Shown here in pieces: positions 19,579-28,655 of a stretch of 64,000 nt of DNA. The translations under genes and the position numbers were made by a program. Source of the stretch: an uncultured Pseudomonadales bacterium (lineage in GTDB: Bacteria > Patescibacteriota > Microgenomatia > UBA1400 > PJMF01); contig CAYTIA010000004.1 in assembly GCA_964437755.1 (NCBI GenBank), positions 11,687 through 75,686 on the forward strand, in the 5' to 3' direction. The notes beneath the pieces are model-generated. The model did no database searches, was not told where the DNA came from, and saw nothing but the letters and a program-made list of their open reading frames with translations. Within the stretch, counting starts at the first letter, position 1. Each line of letters opens with the position of its first letter.

Positions 19579-20790
19579 ATGATCAACAAATCTCAGCAAA
19601 AAAATCTTTCTACAGAACAAGTACTCACAAGAGGAGTAGCAGAAATACTTCCAGACAAAAACTCATTATCAGATTTAATAAATCAACACCCCATCAAGTT
19701 ATATTTGGGCATAGATCCTACTGGAGCCTTACTTCATTTAGGTCACGCTGTAGTGCTACGCAAACTACAACAGTTTGCTGAGCTTGGTCATGAAGTAATC
19801 TTGCTTATTGGCAATGGCACAGTAAAAATTGGTGATCCAACGGGAAGAGATGAAAGTAGACCAGTATTAACAGATGAAGAGATTGAAAAAAATTGGCAAA
19901 ATTGGAAAAAACAAGCCAGCACCATCTTAGATTTTTCAAAAATAAAAGTATTGCATAATGGAGATTGGTTAGATCAATTAAACTACTCGGATATTGTTAA
20001 GTTGCTCGCAAAAACCACTGTTCAACAATTGTTAGAGCGAGATATGTTTCAGGAAAGGCTAAAGCAGGGTAAGCCAATCCATGGTCATGAAATTATTTAT
20101 CCACTTTTACAAGGCTATGACAGTGTAGTCATGGATGTTGATCTTGAGCTCGGAGGCACCGATCAAACATTTAATATGATGATGGGCAGAACTCTACAAA
20201 AAGTTTATAACAATCGAGAAAAATGGGTCTTAACCACACCAATTATTAATGGCACTGACGGTCGAAAAATGAGCAAAAGTTTTAACAACTTTGTCGCTCT
20301 CACTGAAGATCCTATACAAATGTTTGGAAAGCTCATGAGCATTAAAGATGAGTTGATCATTGAGTATTTAATGCTTTTAACTGATTTATCTTTAGATGAG
20401 ATTAAAAAAATTGAGCTTGATCTTCAACAAGGCATAAATCCAATAGAGAGTAAAAAGCTCATGGCTTTTACCATTACAGCTGACTTAAGCTCAGAAGAAA
20501 AGGCCAGGCAAGCTCAAGAACATTTTGAAAAAACAGTTCAAGGAAGCGAAATTCCGGCTGAGATTGAAGCTATACAAATTGATGTTCAACAAATCAGAGT
20601 GCTAGATCTACTAAAAATGTGTAACTCCTCTCTGAGTAATGCTCAGCTAAAAAGATTGTGCGAGCAAGGTGGAGTAAGAATCTTGCCCGATGAAAAGCTA
20701 TTAGAAGATCCTCAAGAAATAATTGATTTAAACCCAAATTTAATCATCAAAATTGGCAAAAGAAGCTTTTATAAAGTTCAAACAAAATAA
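19579..20790 (+). CDS. tyrS: tyrosine--tRNA ligase
   Basis: GIDPTG..LHLGH, YPLLQGYD, GGTDQ, KMSKS, C-terminal S4 domain. Confidence 0.98.
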   Translation: MINKSQQKNLSTEQVLTRGVAEILPDKNSLSDLINQHPIKLYLGIDPTGALLHLGHAVVLRKLQQFAELGHEVILLIGNGTVKIGDPTGRDESRPVLTDEEIEKNWQNWKKQASTILDFSKIKVLHNGDWLDQLNYSDIVKLLAKTTVQQLLERDMFQERLKQGKPIHGHEIIYPLLQGYDSVVMDVDLELGGTDQTFNMMMGRTLQKVYNNREKWVLTTPIINGTDGRKMSKSFNNFVALTEDPIQMFGKLMSIKDELIIEYLMLLTDLSLDEIKKIELDLQQGINPIESKKLMAFTITADLSSEEKARQAQEHFEKTVQGSEIPAEIEAIQIDVQQIRVLDLLKMCNSSLSNAQLKRLCEQGGVRILPDEKLLEDPQEIIDLNPNLIIKIGKRSFYKVQTK

Positions 20791-20900
20791 TGACTAAAAA
20801 ACAAACCAAGATAATCACCACTACTTTTGCTGTTATTGCCATCGGCAGCATGTTAATTGCAAGCATTATTCAAGCAGTTTATATGTTGGGCGTAATATAA
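20790..20900 (+). CDS. 36-aa single-pass membrane microprotein
   Basis: MTKKQTKIITTTFAVIAIGSMLIASIIQAVYMLGVI; TAATG overlap with tyrS; fills the tyrS-recG gap. Confidence 0.65.
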   Translation: MTKKQTKIITTTFAVIAIGSMLIASIIQAVYMLGVI

Positions 20901-20915
20901 AACAACGTCAACAAA

Positions 20916-22964
20916 ATGTACTCGCTATCCGACTCACTCCAAAATATCCCGGGAATTGGAGAGGTAACTGCCAAATTATTAGCCGATTCTGAAATAAAAA
21001 CCGTTCTGGATTTTTTGCTGTTCGTTCCACTGAACTATGAAGATCTTTCAAAGATAGTCACAATTGACCAACTAGAAGTTAATCAAACTCAGACAGTTAA
21101 AGCAAAAGTAATAGCAGTTAATGAACGATACAAATACACTGGCAAAAAAAAATTAACCATTACAACAGCAATCATTGAAGATGAAACTGGAAGATGTAAA
21201 TCTGTTTGGTTTAACAACCGCTTTATTAAAAGAAATTTAGTTGCAGGAAAAGAATTTTTCTTTGCAGGAAAGTTCAGCGATTACCATAACTTCTCCCAAC
21301 CAACAGTAGAAGTAGTTAGTGATAACACCACTCATACTGGCCGTTTAGTTCCTAGATACTCACAAACCACTCATCTTAAACAAGGCAATATTAGAAGATG
21401 GTTAAAAACTATCATTGAAAATCTAGAACCAATTACAGACCCTATAGCCAATGATCACAATTTATTGAATTTAACAGACTCGCTCAAACAACTGCATTTT
21501 CCTGAAAAAGAAGAGTTGGTTATTAAGGCGAGAGAAAGATTGGCAATTGAAGAACTTTTAATTTTGATTCAACATTCTAAAACCCTTAAACAAAATTGGG
21601 GAAATAAAATAGCACTGGCTTCGCCAGCTCCTATCTCAAAATTCCTTAGCAATGTAAAAACTGCTATTCCTAAAAACATTCCTTTCGAGTTAACTAATGA
21701 TCAACTCCAAGCCCTAAAAGAAATCCTAAAAGATTTAACTAAATCTCACCCAATGAATCGCTTACTAGTTGGAGATGTTGGCACTGGTAAAACCGTGGTT
21801 GCAGGAATCGCAGCTTATCATATCATTAAAAATAAACACCACAGTGTGCTTATTGCCCCAACACAGATTTTAGCCGAGCAACATCAACAAACCTTCAACA
21901 AACTTTTCCCTGATCTGCCAACTCAATTACTGACAGCCAACACTAAGCTAAAACTAGAGTTAGCCACAATAAAAAAACCCTCTTTATTTATTGGTACTCA
22001 TTCCGTCATCAATCAACTCAAAACTATTAAACCTGCTCTTGTCATTTATGACGAACAGCATCGATTTGGGGTAGAGCAAAGAGCTACTGCCATATTACCA
22101 AAATCAGAAAAACAGCCTCATCTACTAACCATGTCAGCCACCCCAATTCCAAGAAGTTATATGCTAACCATCTTTTCACATCTTGATTTATCACTTATTA
22201 CTCAATCACCATTTGGCTCTAAACAGGTTAAATCATGGTTCGTACCAAAAAATAAAAAAGATGATGCCTATGATTGGTTACAAAAACAGATTTCTGATTC
22301 AAATTCTCCTAAAAAATTAGCAATGATTGTTTGCCCATTTATTGAACCTTCTAAGCAAGAAGGTTTTGAGGATATTCCCGCAGCCAAGCAACTCTTTTCT
22401 GATTTTAAAGATAAATGGGGCAATAAATATAAAATCACTCTATTACACGGACAACAAAAACCCATTAAACAAGAACAAATTATTAAGCAGTTATTTGCCA
22501 ACAAAATTGATATCTTGATTTCAACAAGCATAGTTGAGGTTGGAGTTGATTTACCTCAAGCAAACATCATGATCATTGAAGGAGCCGATCGCTTTGGCTT
22601 AGCCAGTCTTCATCAATTGCGAGGAAGAGTAGGCAGACAAGGGCAAGAAGCTTACTGCTTACTTTTTAGCTCGAGTAGCTCCTCCGCATCCTCAAAAAGA
22701 TTAAGTATGTTCTCAAAAGAAAATGACGGACTCAAACTTGCAGAACTTGATTTAAAAAATAGAGGACCAGGCAATCTGTTTGGTTATGATCAACATGGTT
22801 TTTCAGAACTTAGGTTTGCTTCATGGAATAACGCACAACTTATTAAAACAGCTCAAAAAATATTTAAATCGATTGAAAAAAATAAAAACTGGACTCCAGT
22901 TGACTTAAAACAGACCCAAAAAAAATATTCTGAAATTGTTGAAACTCGTGTAGCCACCAATTAA
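20916..22964 (+). CDS. recG: ATP-dependent DNA helicase RecG
   Basis: MNRLLVGDVGTGKT, DEQHRFGV, MSATPIPR, RFGLASLHQLRGRVGR, RGPG. Confidence 0.97.
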   Translation: MYSLSDSLQNIPGIGEVTAKLLADSEIKTVLDFLLFVPLNYEDLSKIVTIDQLEVNQTQTVKAKVIAVNERYKYTGKKKLTITTAIIEDETGRCKSVWFNNRFIKRNLVAGKEFFFAGKFSDYHNFSQPTVEVVSDNTTHTGRLVPRYSQTTHLKQGNIRRWLKTIIENLEPITDPIANDHNLLNLTDSLKQLHFPEKEELVIKARERLAIEELLILIQHSKTLKQNWGNKIALASPAPISKFLSNVKTAIPKNIPFELTNDQLQALKEILKDLTKSHPMNRLLVGDVGTGKTVVAGIAAYHIIKNKHHSVLIAPTQILAEQHQQTFNKLFPDLPTQLLTANTKLKLELATIKKPSLFIGTHSVINQLKTIKPALVIYDEQHRFGVEQRATAILPKSEKQPHLLTMSATPIPRSYMLTIFSHLDLSLITQSPFGSKQVKSWFVPKNKKDDAYDWLQKQISDSNSPKKLAMIVCPFIEPSKQEGFEDIPAAKQLFSDFKDKWGNKYKITLLHGQQKPIKQEQIIKQLFANKIDILISTSIVEVGVDLPQANIMIIEGADRFGLASLHQLRGRVGRQGQEAYCLLFSSSSSSASSKRLSMFSKENDGLKLAELDLKNRGPGNLFGYDQHGFSELRFASWNNAQLIKTAQKIFKSIEKNKNWTPVDLKQTQKKYSEIVETRVATN

Positions 22965-23016
22965 CATTTTTTCACCTCTTCACACTTGACTTATTTTTTA
23001 CTATTATGGATGTAAG

Positions 23017-23814
23017 ATGAAATCATCAGCCAATAATCCTCAGTCAGGTCAGGTGGGAGTAGTTATACTTTTAATGATGGCAGTTGTCTTTACTGTAGCC
23101 ATCAGTTTAAGTCAGCGTACCCTTCAGCAACAAGATTCTGCAACTACTCAAGATGAATCAATTCGTGTTTTTAATGCAGCTGAAAGTGGAGTAGAGAGTG
23201 CTTTATTTGACATCTCTGAGCATGAGCAGCTTGGCTCACAGCTAGGCACCGGAGGAGATTTTGAGTTTGGGGATTCAAATGTATCTTATTCAATCAGTGA
23301 TTCTCCTCAATTTGAGATGTTTGTTTTAACTGGCAACACCGTTGAAATTCCACTCAACAATCCAACCGAAGGAGATGTTGTAGAAATTAGCTGGAAGCAC
23401 TCTGAATCAGTGCTTAACTGTAGCACTCAAAATCCTCCTGCATTAATTGTGAGCGTACTTAATCTTAATAATGCTAAACACTATGCATACGATCCTTGTC
23501 CAATTGCCAGAGGAACAAACTTCTACGAAGTAGATAATTTCTGTGGTCCATGTGAATATCAGTTTGAGATTGACGTTCCTGTTAGCGACGACGATCGTTT
23601 ATTAAGAATCAAACCAATTTATGACAGCACGAACATTCTTGTCACCAGCTCAAATGCAAATATTATTTCATTAGCACAATACGACGTTGCCTCCACAGCT
23701 TTTAACACGGGAGATGATATTGCTCGAACTATTGAGGTAAAACGCTCCATTCCTGGATCGTATAGCTTTATGGACCATACCCTAGTTAGTGGCAGTAGTC
23801 TAACAAAAAACTAA
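23017..23814 (+). CDS. PilX-like minor pilin
   Basis: QSG|Q plus hydrophobic helix without E5; FNAAESGVE motif; precedes pilMNO. Confidence 0.75.
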   Translation: MKSSANNPQSGQVGVVILLMMAVVFTVAISLSQRTLQQQDSATTQDESIRVFNAAESGVESALFDISEHEQLGSQLGTGGDFEFGDSNVSYSISDSPQFEMFVLTGNTVEIPLNNPTEGDVVEISWKHSESVLNCSTQNPPALIVSVLNLNNAKHYAYDPCPIARGTNFYEVDNFCGPCEYQFEIDVPVSDDDRLLRIKPIYDSTNILVTSSNANIISLAQYDVASTAFNTGDDIARTIEVKRSIPGSYSFMDHTLVSGSSLTKN

Positions 23815-23855
23815 TTCAAAAAAAACATTAATAACATCAATCATCAATCTAAAAT

Positions 23856-24869
23856 ATGCCTGCCACAGCCATTGATATCGGTAGCTACTCACTTAAAGCT
23901 ATTGTAGCAAAACCCGGACAAAAACCAGTAGTTTCAAGGATTGCCCAACAAATTAATACTTGTGGATTTCCTTACCCGAAAGATGAAGCTCAGGCTGAAA
24001 AGATTCTCAAAGAGGTTGACCAGCTGTTTCATGATCACAAACTGCCAAGCACCGATGTATATTTAGGTCTTCCAGAGGAAGTTGTCGCAACCAAAATGAT
24101 TTATCTGCCTCCGCTTTCTGATGCCGAGCTAGCTTCAGCTATCGATTGGCAAGCTGAGCAACATATTCCAATTCCCTTAAATCAACTCTCACTTGAATAC
24201 CAGGTAATTTACCGACCTCCAAAAAACGCTAAAGATCAACCTATGAGAGTTTTGCTCGTGGGAACTCGTAAGGCAATAGTTGAACTATACGTTGATATTT
24301 TTTATTCTCTTGGCATTCAGCCAAAGATCATGGAAACACAACTTTTTTCTATCATAAGAGCCATGAATTTTGAAGCTAACGACCCCACCACCTTAATAGT
24401 TCACATTGGTGCCGAGAATACACAAATCGCTGTTATTCACCAAACCGAAGTTTTATTGGCTACCAACAGAAAAGGTGGGGGAGCAATCTTAACTAAAGCT
24501 ATTCAGCAATCAGTCTCAAACTGTACCCCTGAACAAGCCGAGGAGTACAAACGAAGTTGTGGCTTGTTACAAGAACAACTTCAAGGAAAAATTGCCCAAA
24601 TTCTTTTTCCAACAATCGATCCTTTAGTTCAAGAAATTGTCAAAACCATGAAGTTCTTCAACAATGAACAACCTCAGACTCCAATCGCTAGAATTGTTTT
24701 AACAGGGGGCACCTCTCAACTTCCAGGCTTGGTTAGTTATTTTGCTCAAGCTACTGGAATAGAGGTTTTGTTAGCCGCTCCATTTGAAGGAGCTGATGGT
24801 GAAAAACCTGAGAATGGCCAACAAGAGTTTATCACTTGTATAGGAGCACTTATGAGGAAAAAGGAGTAA
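23856..24869 (+). CDS. pilM: type IV pilus assembly protein PilM
   Basis: IDIGSYSLK, AEQHIP, IVHIGA, VLTGGTSQLPGL actin-like motifs. Confidence 0.92.
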   Translation: MPATAIDIGSYSLKAIVAKPGQKPVVSRIAQQINTCGFPYPKDEAQAEKILKEVDQLFHDHKLPSTDVYLGLPEEVVATKMIYLPPLSDAELASAIDWQAEQHIPIPLNQLSLEYQVIYRPPKNAKDQPMRVLLVGTRKAIVELYVDIFYSLGIQPKIMETQLFSIIRAMNFEANDPTTLIVHIGAENTQIAVIHQTEVLLATNRKGGGAILTKAIQQSVSNCTPEQAEEYKRSCGLLQEQLQGKIAQILFPTIDPLVQEIVKTMKFFNNEQPQTPIARIVLTGGTSQLPGLVSYFAQATGIEVLLAAPFEGADGEKPENGQQEFITCIGALMRKKE

Positions 24870-24882
24870 TAATCACCAATAA

Positions 24883-25458
24883 ATGATTGAGATAAACTTT
24901 CTTTCTCAGCAAAATACAAAGCTCACCGCTCAACAAAAAAAAGATCGGTTGTTTTTTAGATACTCACTAATCATTTGTATTATCTGTTTAATTATTTTGG
25001 TTATCACTTCTGGAATAAATTTTTATCTAGGCTATCGTTTAAAAAAAGTTCAGGCTCAAGTAACATCAGCAAAACAACAGATTGACTCTGATAGATCTCT
25101 TGAAGCAAACTATCTCTTTTTTGTAAACAAATTAACTATCATTCGAGAACTTTTTGACCAAAGAGCAGAAAAGCAAATTGCCATTGGCTTCTTCACCGAT
25201 CTTTTCGGTCCTGATATTACTATCAGCGGAATAAACTACAACATGGAAGAAGGCATTCTTTCTCTTAAAGTTACCAGTCCTCAGGTATTCGTTTTAGAAC
25301 ACGCCTTCGAAGTCTTAGAAAACCAAGAAGTAAAAGATCTATTTGCATCTTTAACAAAAACAGACTTAACTCGTCGATCAACAGGCGAGTATGAATTTTT
25401 ATTGACAGTATCTTTTTCTGATGATTCGGAGCTAATTAATGTTGAGGAGGAGTATTAA
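24883..25458 (+). CDS. pilN: PilN-like protein
   Basis: EINFL motif, TM helix, coiled coil; follows pilM. Confidence 0.75.
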   Translation: MIEINFLSQQNTKLTAQQKKDRLFFRYSLIICIICLIILVITSGINFYLGYRLKKVQAQVTSAKQQIDSDRSLEANYLFFVNKLTIIRELFDQRAEKQIAIGFFTDLFGPDITISGINYNMEEGILSLKVTSPQVFVLEHAFEVLENQEVKDLFASLTKTDLTRRSTGEYEFLLTVSFSDDSELINVEEEY

Positions 25459-26270
25459 TGGCCATTGCTCAAACTAAACAAGATTTAAATATAAAACTAT
25501 TGCTCAACTCACGCAAAAACTTATTGCTTTCAATTGTGATTGCTTGGGTCTGTGTAGCCATGGTTTTTTTTGCTATTAAGCCTCAAATCGAAACAATATT
25601 TGTCGCTAATAAAAAGCTTGATCTAGAAAAAAAACAGTTCCAGAAAGTTACTTTAAAAATTAATGAGCTAAAACAGATTGAAATCTCTGATCAATTTAAA
25701 CAAAAAGAAAAAGTTGATGAAGTTTTACCTTCACACAAACCAATTCTTGAGTTACTTTACAATCTTCACCAAACAGTTCAAAGTTCACAAGTGGCAGTTA
25801 TCTCACTGCTGATTAATCCTGGATCAATCGCCAGTGGATCTGGCGAGCTTGATCTTGTGGCCAATCAGAGAAATCAGGAGGCAACCACTACCAAAAAAAG
25901 AAGATATGACAAACTAGAAATGGAGCTAGTGGTAAAAGGCGAATCAGATCAAGTTGATCAATTCTTAGAAACAATTGAAAGAATTGCTCCTTTTACATCT
26001 GTTGTAGAATTGAATATTAAGGAGTCAAAAAAGAATGTATCTGGAGAACAGGTAGCTCTATCTGAAGCCGAGATTTTACTTAATACCTATTTTTACACTC
26101 AAGTAATTTCAACTAGCATTGAGGCAACTTTACCAACAGTAGGAGAAAAAGAGTTAAGAGCCTTTAACACTATTCAACAATTTATTCCTTCGGGATATCA
26201 ACTGCCCACAGACATTACTAACGCCGATATTGAGGATTTGTTTGAAGTCACAGGGTTTAAGTTTAATTAA
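25458..26270 (+). CDS. pilO: PilO-like protein
   Basis: TM helix, coiled coil, VLP motif, FLETIERIAP; overlaps the pilN stop. Confidence 0.72.
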   Translation: MAIAQTKQDLNIKLLLNSRKNLLLSIVIAWVCVAMVFFAIKPQIETIFVANKKLDLEKKQFQKVTLKINELKQIEISDQFKQKEKVDEVLPSHKPILELLYNLHQTVQSSQVAVISLLINPGSIASGSGELDLVANQRNQEATTTKKRRYDKLEMELVVKGESDQVDQFLETIERIAPFTSVVELNIKESKKNVSGEQVALSEAEILLNTYFYTQVISTSIEATLPTVGEKELRAFNTIQQFIPSGYQLPTDITNADIEDLFEVTGFKFN

Positions 26271-26292
26271 ACTCTCCAAAAAACCAATAAGC

Positions 26293-26532
26293 TTACTCTT
26301 CGTCTTTTACTACTTCAATCTCAAAACGTTCTTTAAGATCTTGAGCAAGAATTGAGGCTACTTGTTGTACAGCTTTAATAGTTCTTCCTCTTGAGCCAAT
26401 AATTCTACCAATATCATTAGCATGAGCCCTGATTCGATAAATATTTTTATATTCACCCTCAATCATCTCAACAGATAAATCTGCGGGATTTTTTACCAAG
26501 TGAGTGAGAATAAACTCAATGAAATGTTGCAT
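26293..26532 (-). CDS. khpA: KH-domain RNA-binding protein KhpA
   Basis: DIGRIIGSRGRTIKA; downstream of rpsP. Confidence 0.9.
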   Translation of the reverse strand: MQHFIEFILTHLVKNPADLSVEMIEGEYKNIYRIRAHANDIGRIIGSRGRTIKAVQQVASILAQDLKERFEIEVVKDEE

Positions 26533-26572
26533 TTAAATAAAAAATAGCTTGTACTTATTATATAGATTTCAA

Positions 26573-27007
26573 TTATTCTTTTTTCTCTTCAGTCTTTGTT
26601 TCCTCAGCCTTGACTTCTTCAGCCTCTTTGGTTGGAGCCTGACTCTCTGTTTCTGCTACAGGTGCTTCTTCCTTAACTTCTTCAACTTTTTCTTCTTTAG
26701 CTTGTTTTGCTTCTTCTTTTTTTGCTAGCTGTTTTTTTGAAAGCTTTTTCTTTTTTTCTGGAAAACCTTTTCCAGCTTTAGCAACTTCGTAAAGATAGGC
26801 AACTGTTTCAGTAGGTTGAGCTCCCTTAGTAATCCAAGAGTCATACTTTTTAATATCTAGTTCTAAAACTTTTGGAGTTTGCATTGGAGCGTAGTATCCA
26901 ATCATCTCAACATATGAGCCATCGCGTTTATCACGAGCCTCATTAATCACTATTCTATAGTGAGGTTGATTTTTCTTTCCTAATCGAGTGAGTTTAATCT
27001 TGAGCAT
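26573..27007 (-). CDS. rpsP: 30S ribosomal protein S16 with charged C-terminal tail
   Basis: MLKIKLTRLGKKNQPHYRIVI..RDG..GAQPTETV. Confidence 0.97.
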   Translation of the reverse strand: MLKIKLTRLGKKNQPHYRIVINEARDKRDGSYVEMIGYYAPMQTPKVLELDIKKYDSWITKGAQPTETVAYLYEVAKAGKGFPEKKKKLSKKQLAKKEEAKQAKEEKVEEVKEEAPVAETESQAPTKEAEEVKAEETKTEEKKE

Positions 27008-27059
27008 AGAAATTCTTTTTTTCTTTTGTTAATTATAAATAATAACTGAATCAGCAATT

Positions 27060-27743
27060 TTATACCAAACTCTCACTTTTCTCAAACTTAGTTAGTGCCT
27101 GAGTTGCAGCTTGTTGCTGAGCAACCTGTTTGCTGTTGCCAGTTCCCAAACCCGCAACCTCTCCTTTAACCTTCACCGACACAGTAAATACTTTTGCATG
27201 ATCTGGACCCTGCTCATCTATCAACTCATACACTGGTGCCTCTATACCTTGTGCTTGCAATAATTCTTGAAGGGCGCTTTTTGAGTCCTTGTACAATTTT
27301 TTTTCTTTGATAACCTCAAACTTTGGGGTCAAGACTTTTTCTATAAATGAGATAACAACATCTATACCCTGATCTAAATATAAAGCTCCCACCACTGCCT
27401 CAAAGGTATCAGCCAGCAAGCTTATATTTTCTCTTCCGCCACCAGCTTCTTCACCTTTACTCAAAAACAATTTTTCTCCTAATCCAAGTTCTGTAGCTAC
27501 TTGGGCTAAAGTTTCAGTTCTAACCAAAGCACTACGATAGGCTGTTAGTGTTCCTTCGGGTTGGTCAGGGAATTTTTCAAACAAAAAGTTTGTGATTACT
27601 AACTCCAACACTGCATCTCCTAAAAACTCTAAACGCTCGTTTGAAATCGTTGAAGATGTGCCAGAGATACTAGGTTCATTCAAGGCGCTACGATGGGTGA
27701 GAGCAGTAGTAAATAAACTTAAATTTTTGAATTTTGGAAGCAT
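27060..27743 (-). CDS. rnc: ribonuclease III
   Basis: NERLEFLGDAVL, ADTFEA, dsRBD KSALQE..GPDH. Confidence 0.97.
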   Translation of the reverse strand: MLPKFKNLSLFTTALTHRSALNEPSISGTSSTISNERLEFLGDAVLELVITNFLFEKFPDQPEGTLTAYRSALVRTETLAQVATELGLGEKLFLSKGEEAGGGRENISLLADTFEAVVGALYLDQGIDVVISFIEKVLTPKFEVIKEKKLYKDSKSALQELLQAQGIEAPVYELIDEQGPDHAKVFTVSVKVKGEVAGLGTGNSKQVAQQQAATQALTKFEKSESLV

Positions 27744-27748
27744 ATTTC

Positions 27749-28180
27749 TTATTTCTTCTTTTCTACCAGTAATTTCCCCAAAACTCCATTAACAAATCTT
27801 GAGGAGCTTTCAGATCCAAGCTCTTTAGCTAATTCTACCGCCTCATCAATTAAAACCTTTATCGGAGTATTTTTGGTTACTGATTCCCAATAAATCACTC
27901 GCAAAATTGCCAAATCAACTCGATTAATTTCTGAAAGAGGGCGCTCAGGAGCGTGTTGCTTTATCTTTGTATCAATCTCTTCTAGATTATCCAATATAGT
28001 TAAAACTTCAGGGTGAAGCTCTTGATCAAACGGCAACCGATTAGTTAAATTTGACACTGCCTTTTCAACCTTGCCATCCAGCTCACTAAAAGTAGCTGCA
28101 AATAGATCTTGGACCAATCTTTGACGCCGAAAATGACGTTGATCCGAAGCCACAACTGATGACGAAGACTGAGTTGTCAT
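27749..28180 (-). CDS. nusB: transcription antitermination factor NusB
   Basis: VDLAILR, IDEAVELAK..FVNGVL. Confidence 0.93.
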   Translation of the reverse strand: MTTQSSSSVVASDQRHFRRQRLVQDLFAATFSELDGKVEKAVSNLTNRLPFDQELHPEVLTILDNLEEIDTKIKQHAPERPLSEINRVDLAILRVIYWESVTKNTPIKVLIDEAVELAKELGSESSSRFVNGVLGKLLVEKKK

Positions 28181-28188
28181 ATAAATGC

Positions 28189-28374
28189 TTATCGATTGAT
28201 AAGCTTCTTGAAATCAAGACCCATTTGACTAAACATAGAAGCCACCATGCCTCGTTTATGCTTAGGAGCAACTGAGGTATTTGGATCTTTTTTTAACTTC
28301 ATCTTCTTTAACTGTCCTGCTCGCCTTTGACCTCTTTGAATACTACCTATACGAAACTTTGGTACTGCTCCCAT
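28189..28374 (-). CDS. rpmF: 50S ribosomal protein L32-like, divergent, cysteine-free
   Basis: MGAVPK...RR N-terminus; first gene of the nusB-rnc-rpsP cluster. Confidence 0.7.
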   Translation of the reverse strand: MGAVPKFRIGSIQRGQRRAGQLKKMKLKKDPNTSVAPKHKRGMVASMFSQMGLDFKKLINR

Positions 28375-28655
28375 AATAGACCGCCCTTCATTAAGTAAAT
28401 AAATAATTATTTATAAAAACGATAAGTAGCGTATTATACAGGGATTTGGCATAAAAATCATCTTCAAGTTATCTCTTGTCTAAATAGAGGGTGAATGATA
28501 TATTTTAGTCGTAACTAGATATAAAATGTATTGATCTGATTTACTTATTTAGTACATATTGAGAATTTATAGATAAACGGCTTATAATATTTTATTATTA
28601 CAAATATAAGTATATCTTAAATTAACAAAAACACTCAATTAATTAGTCAATCCAT

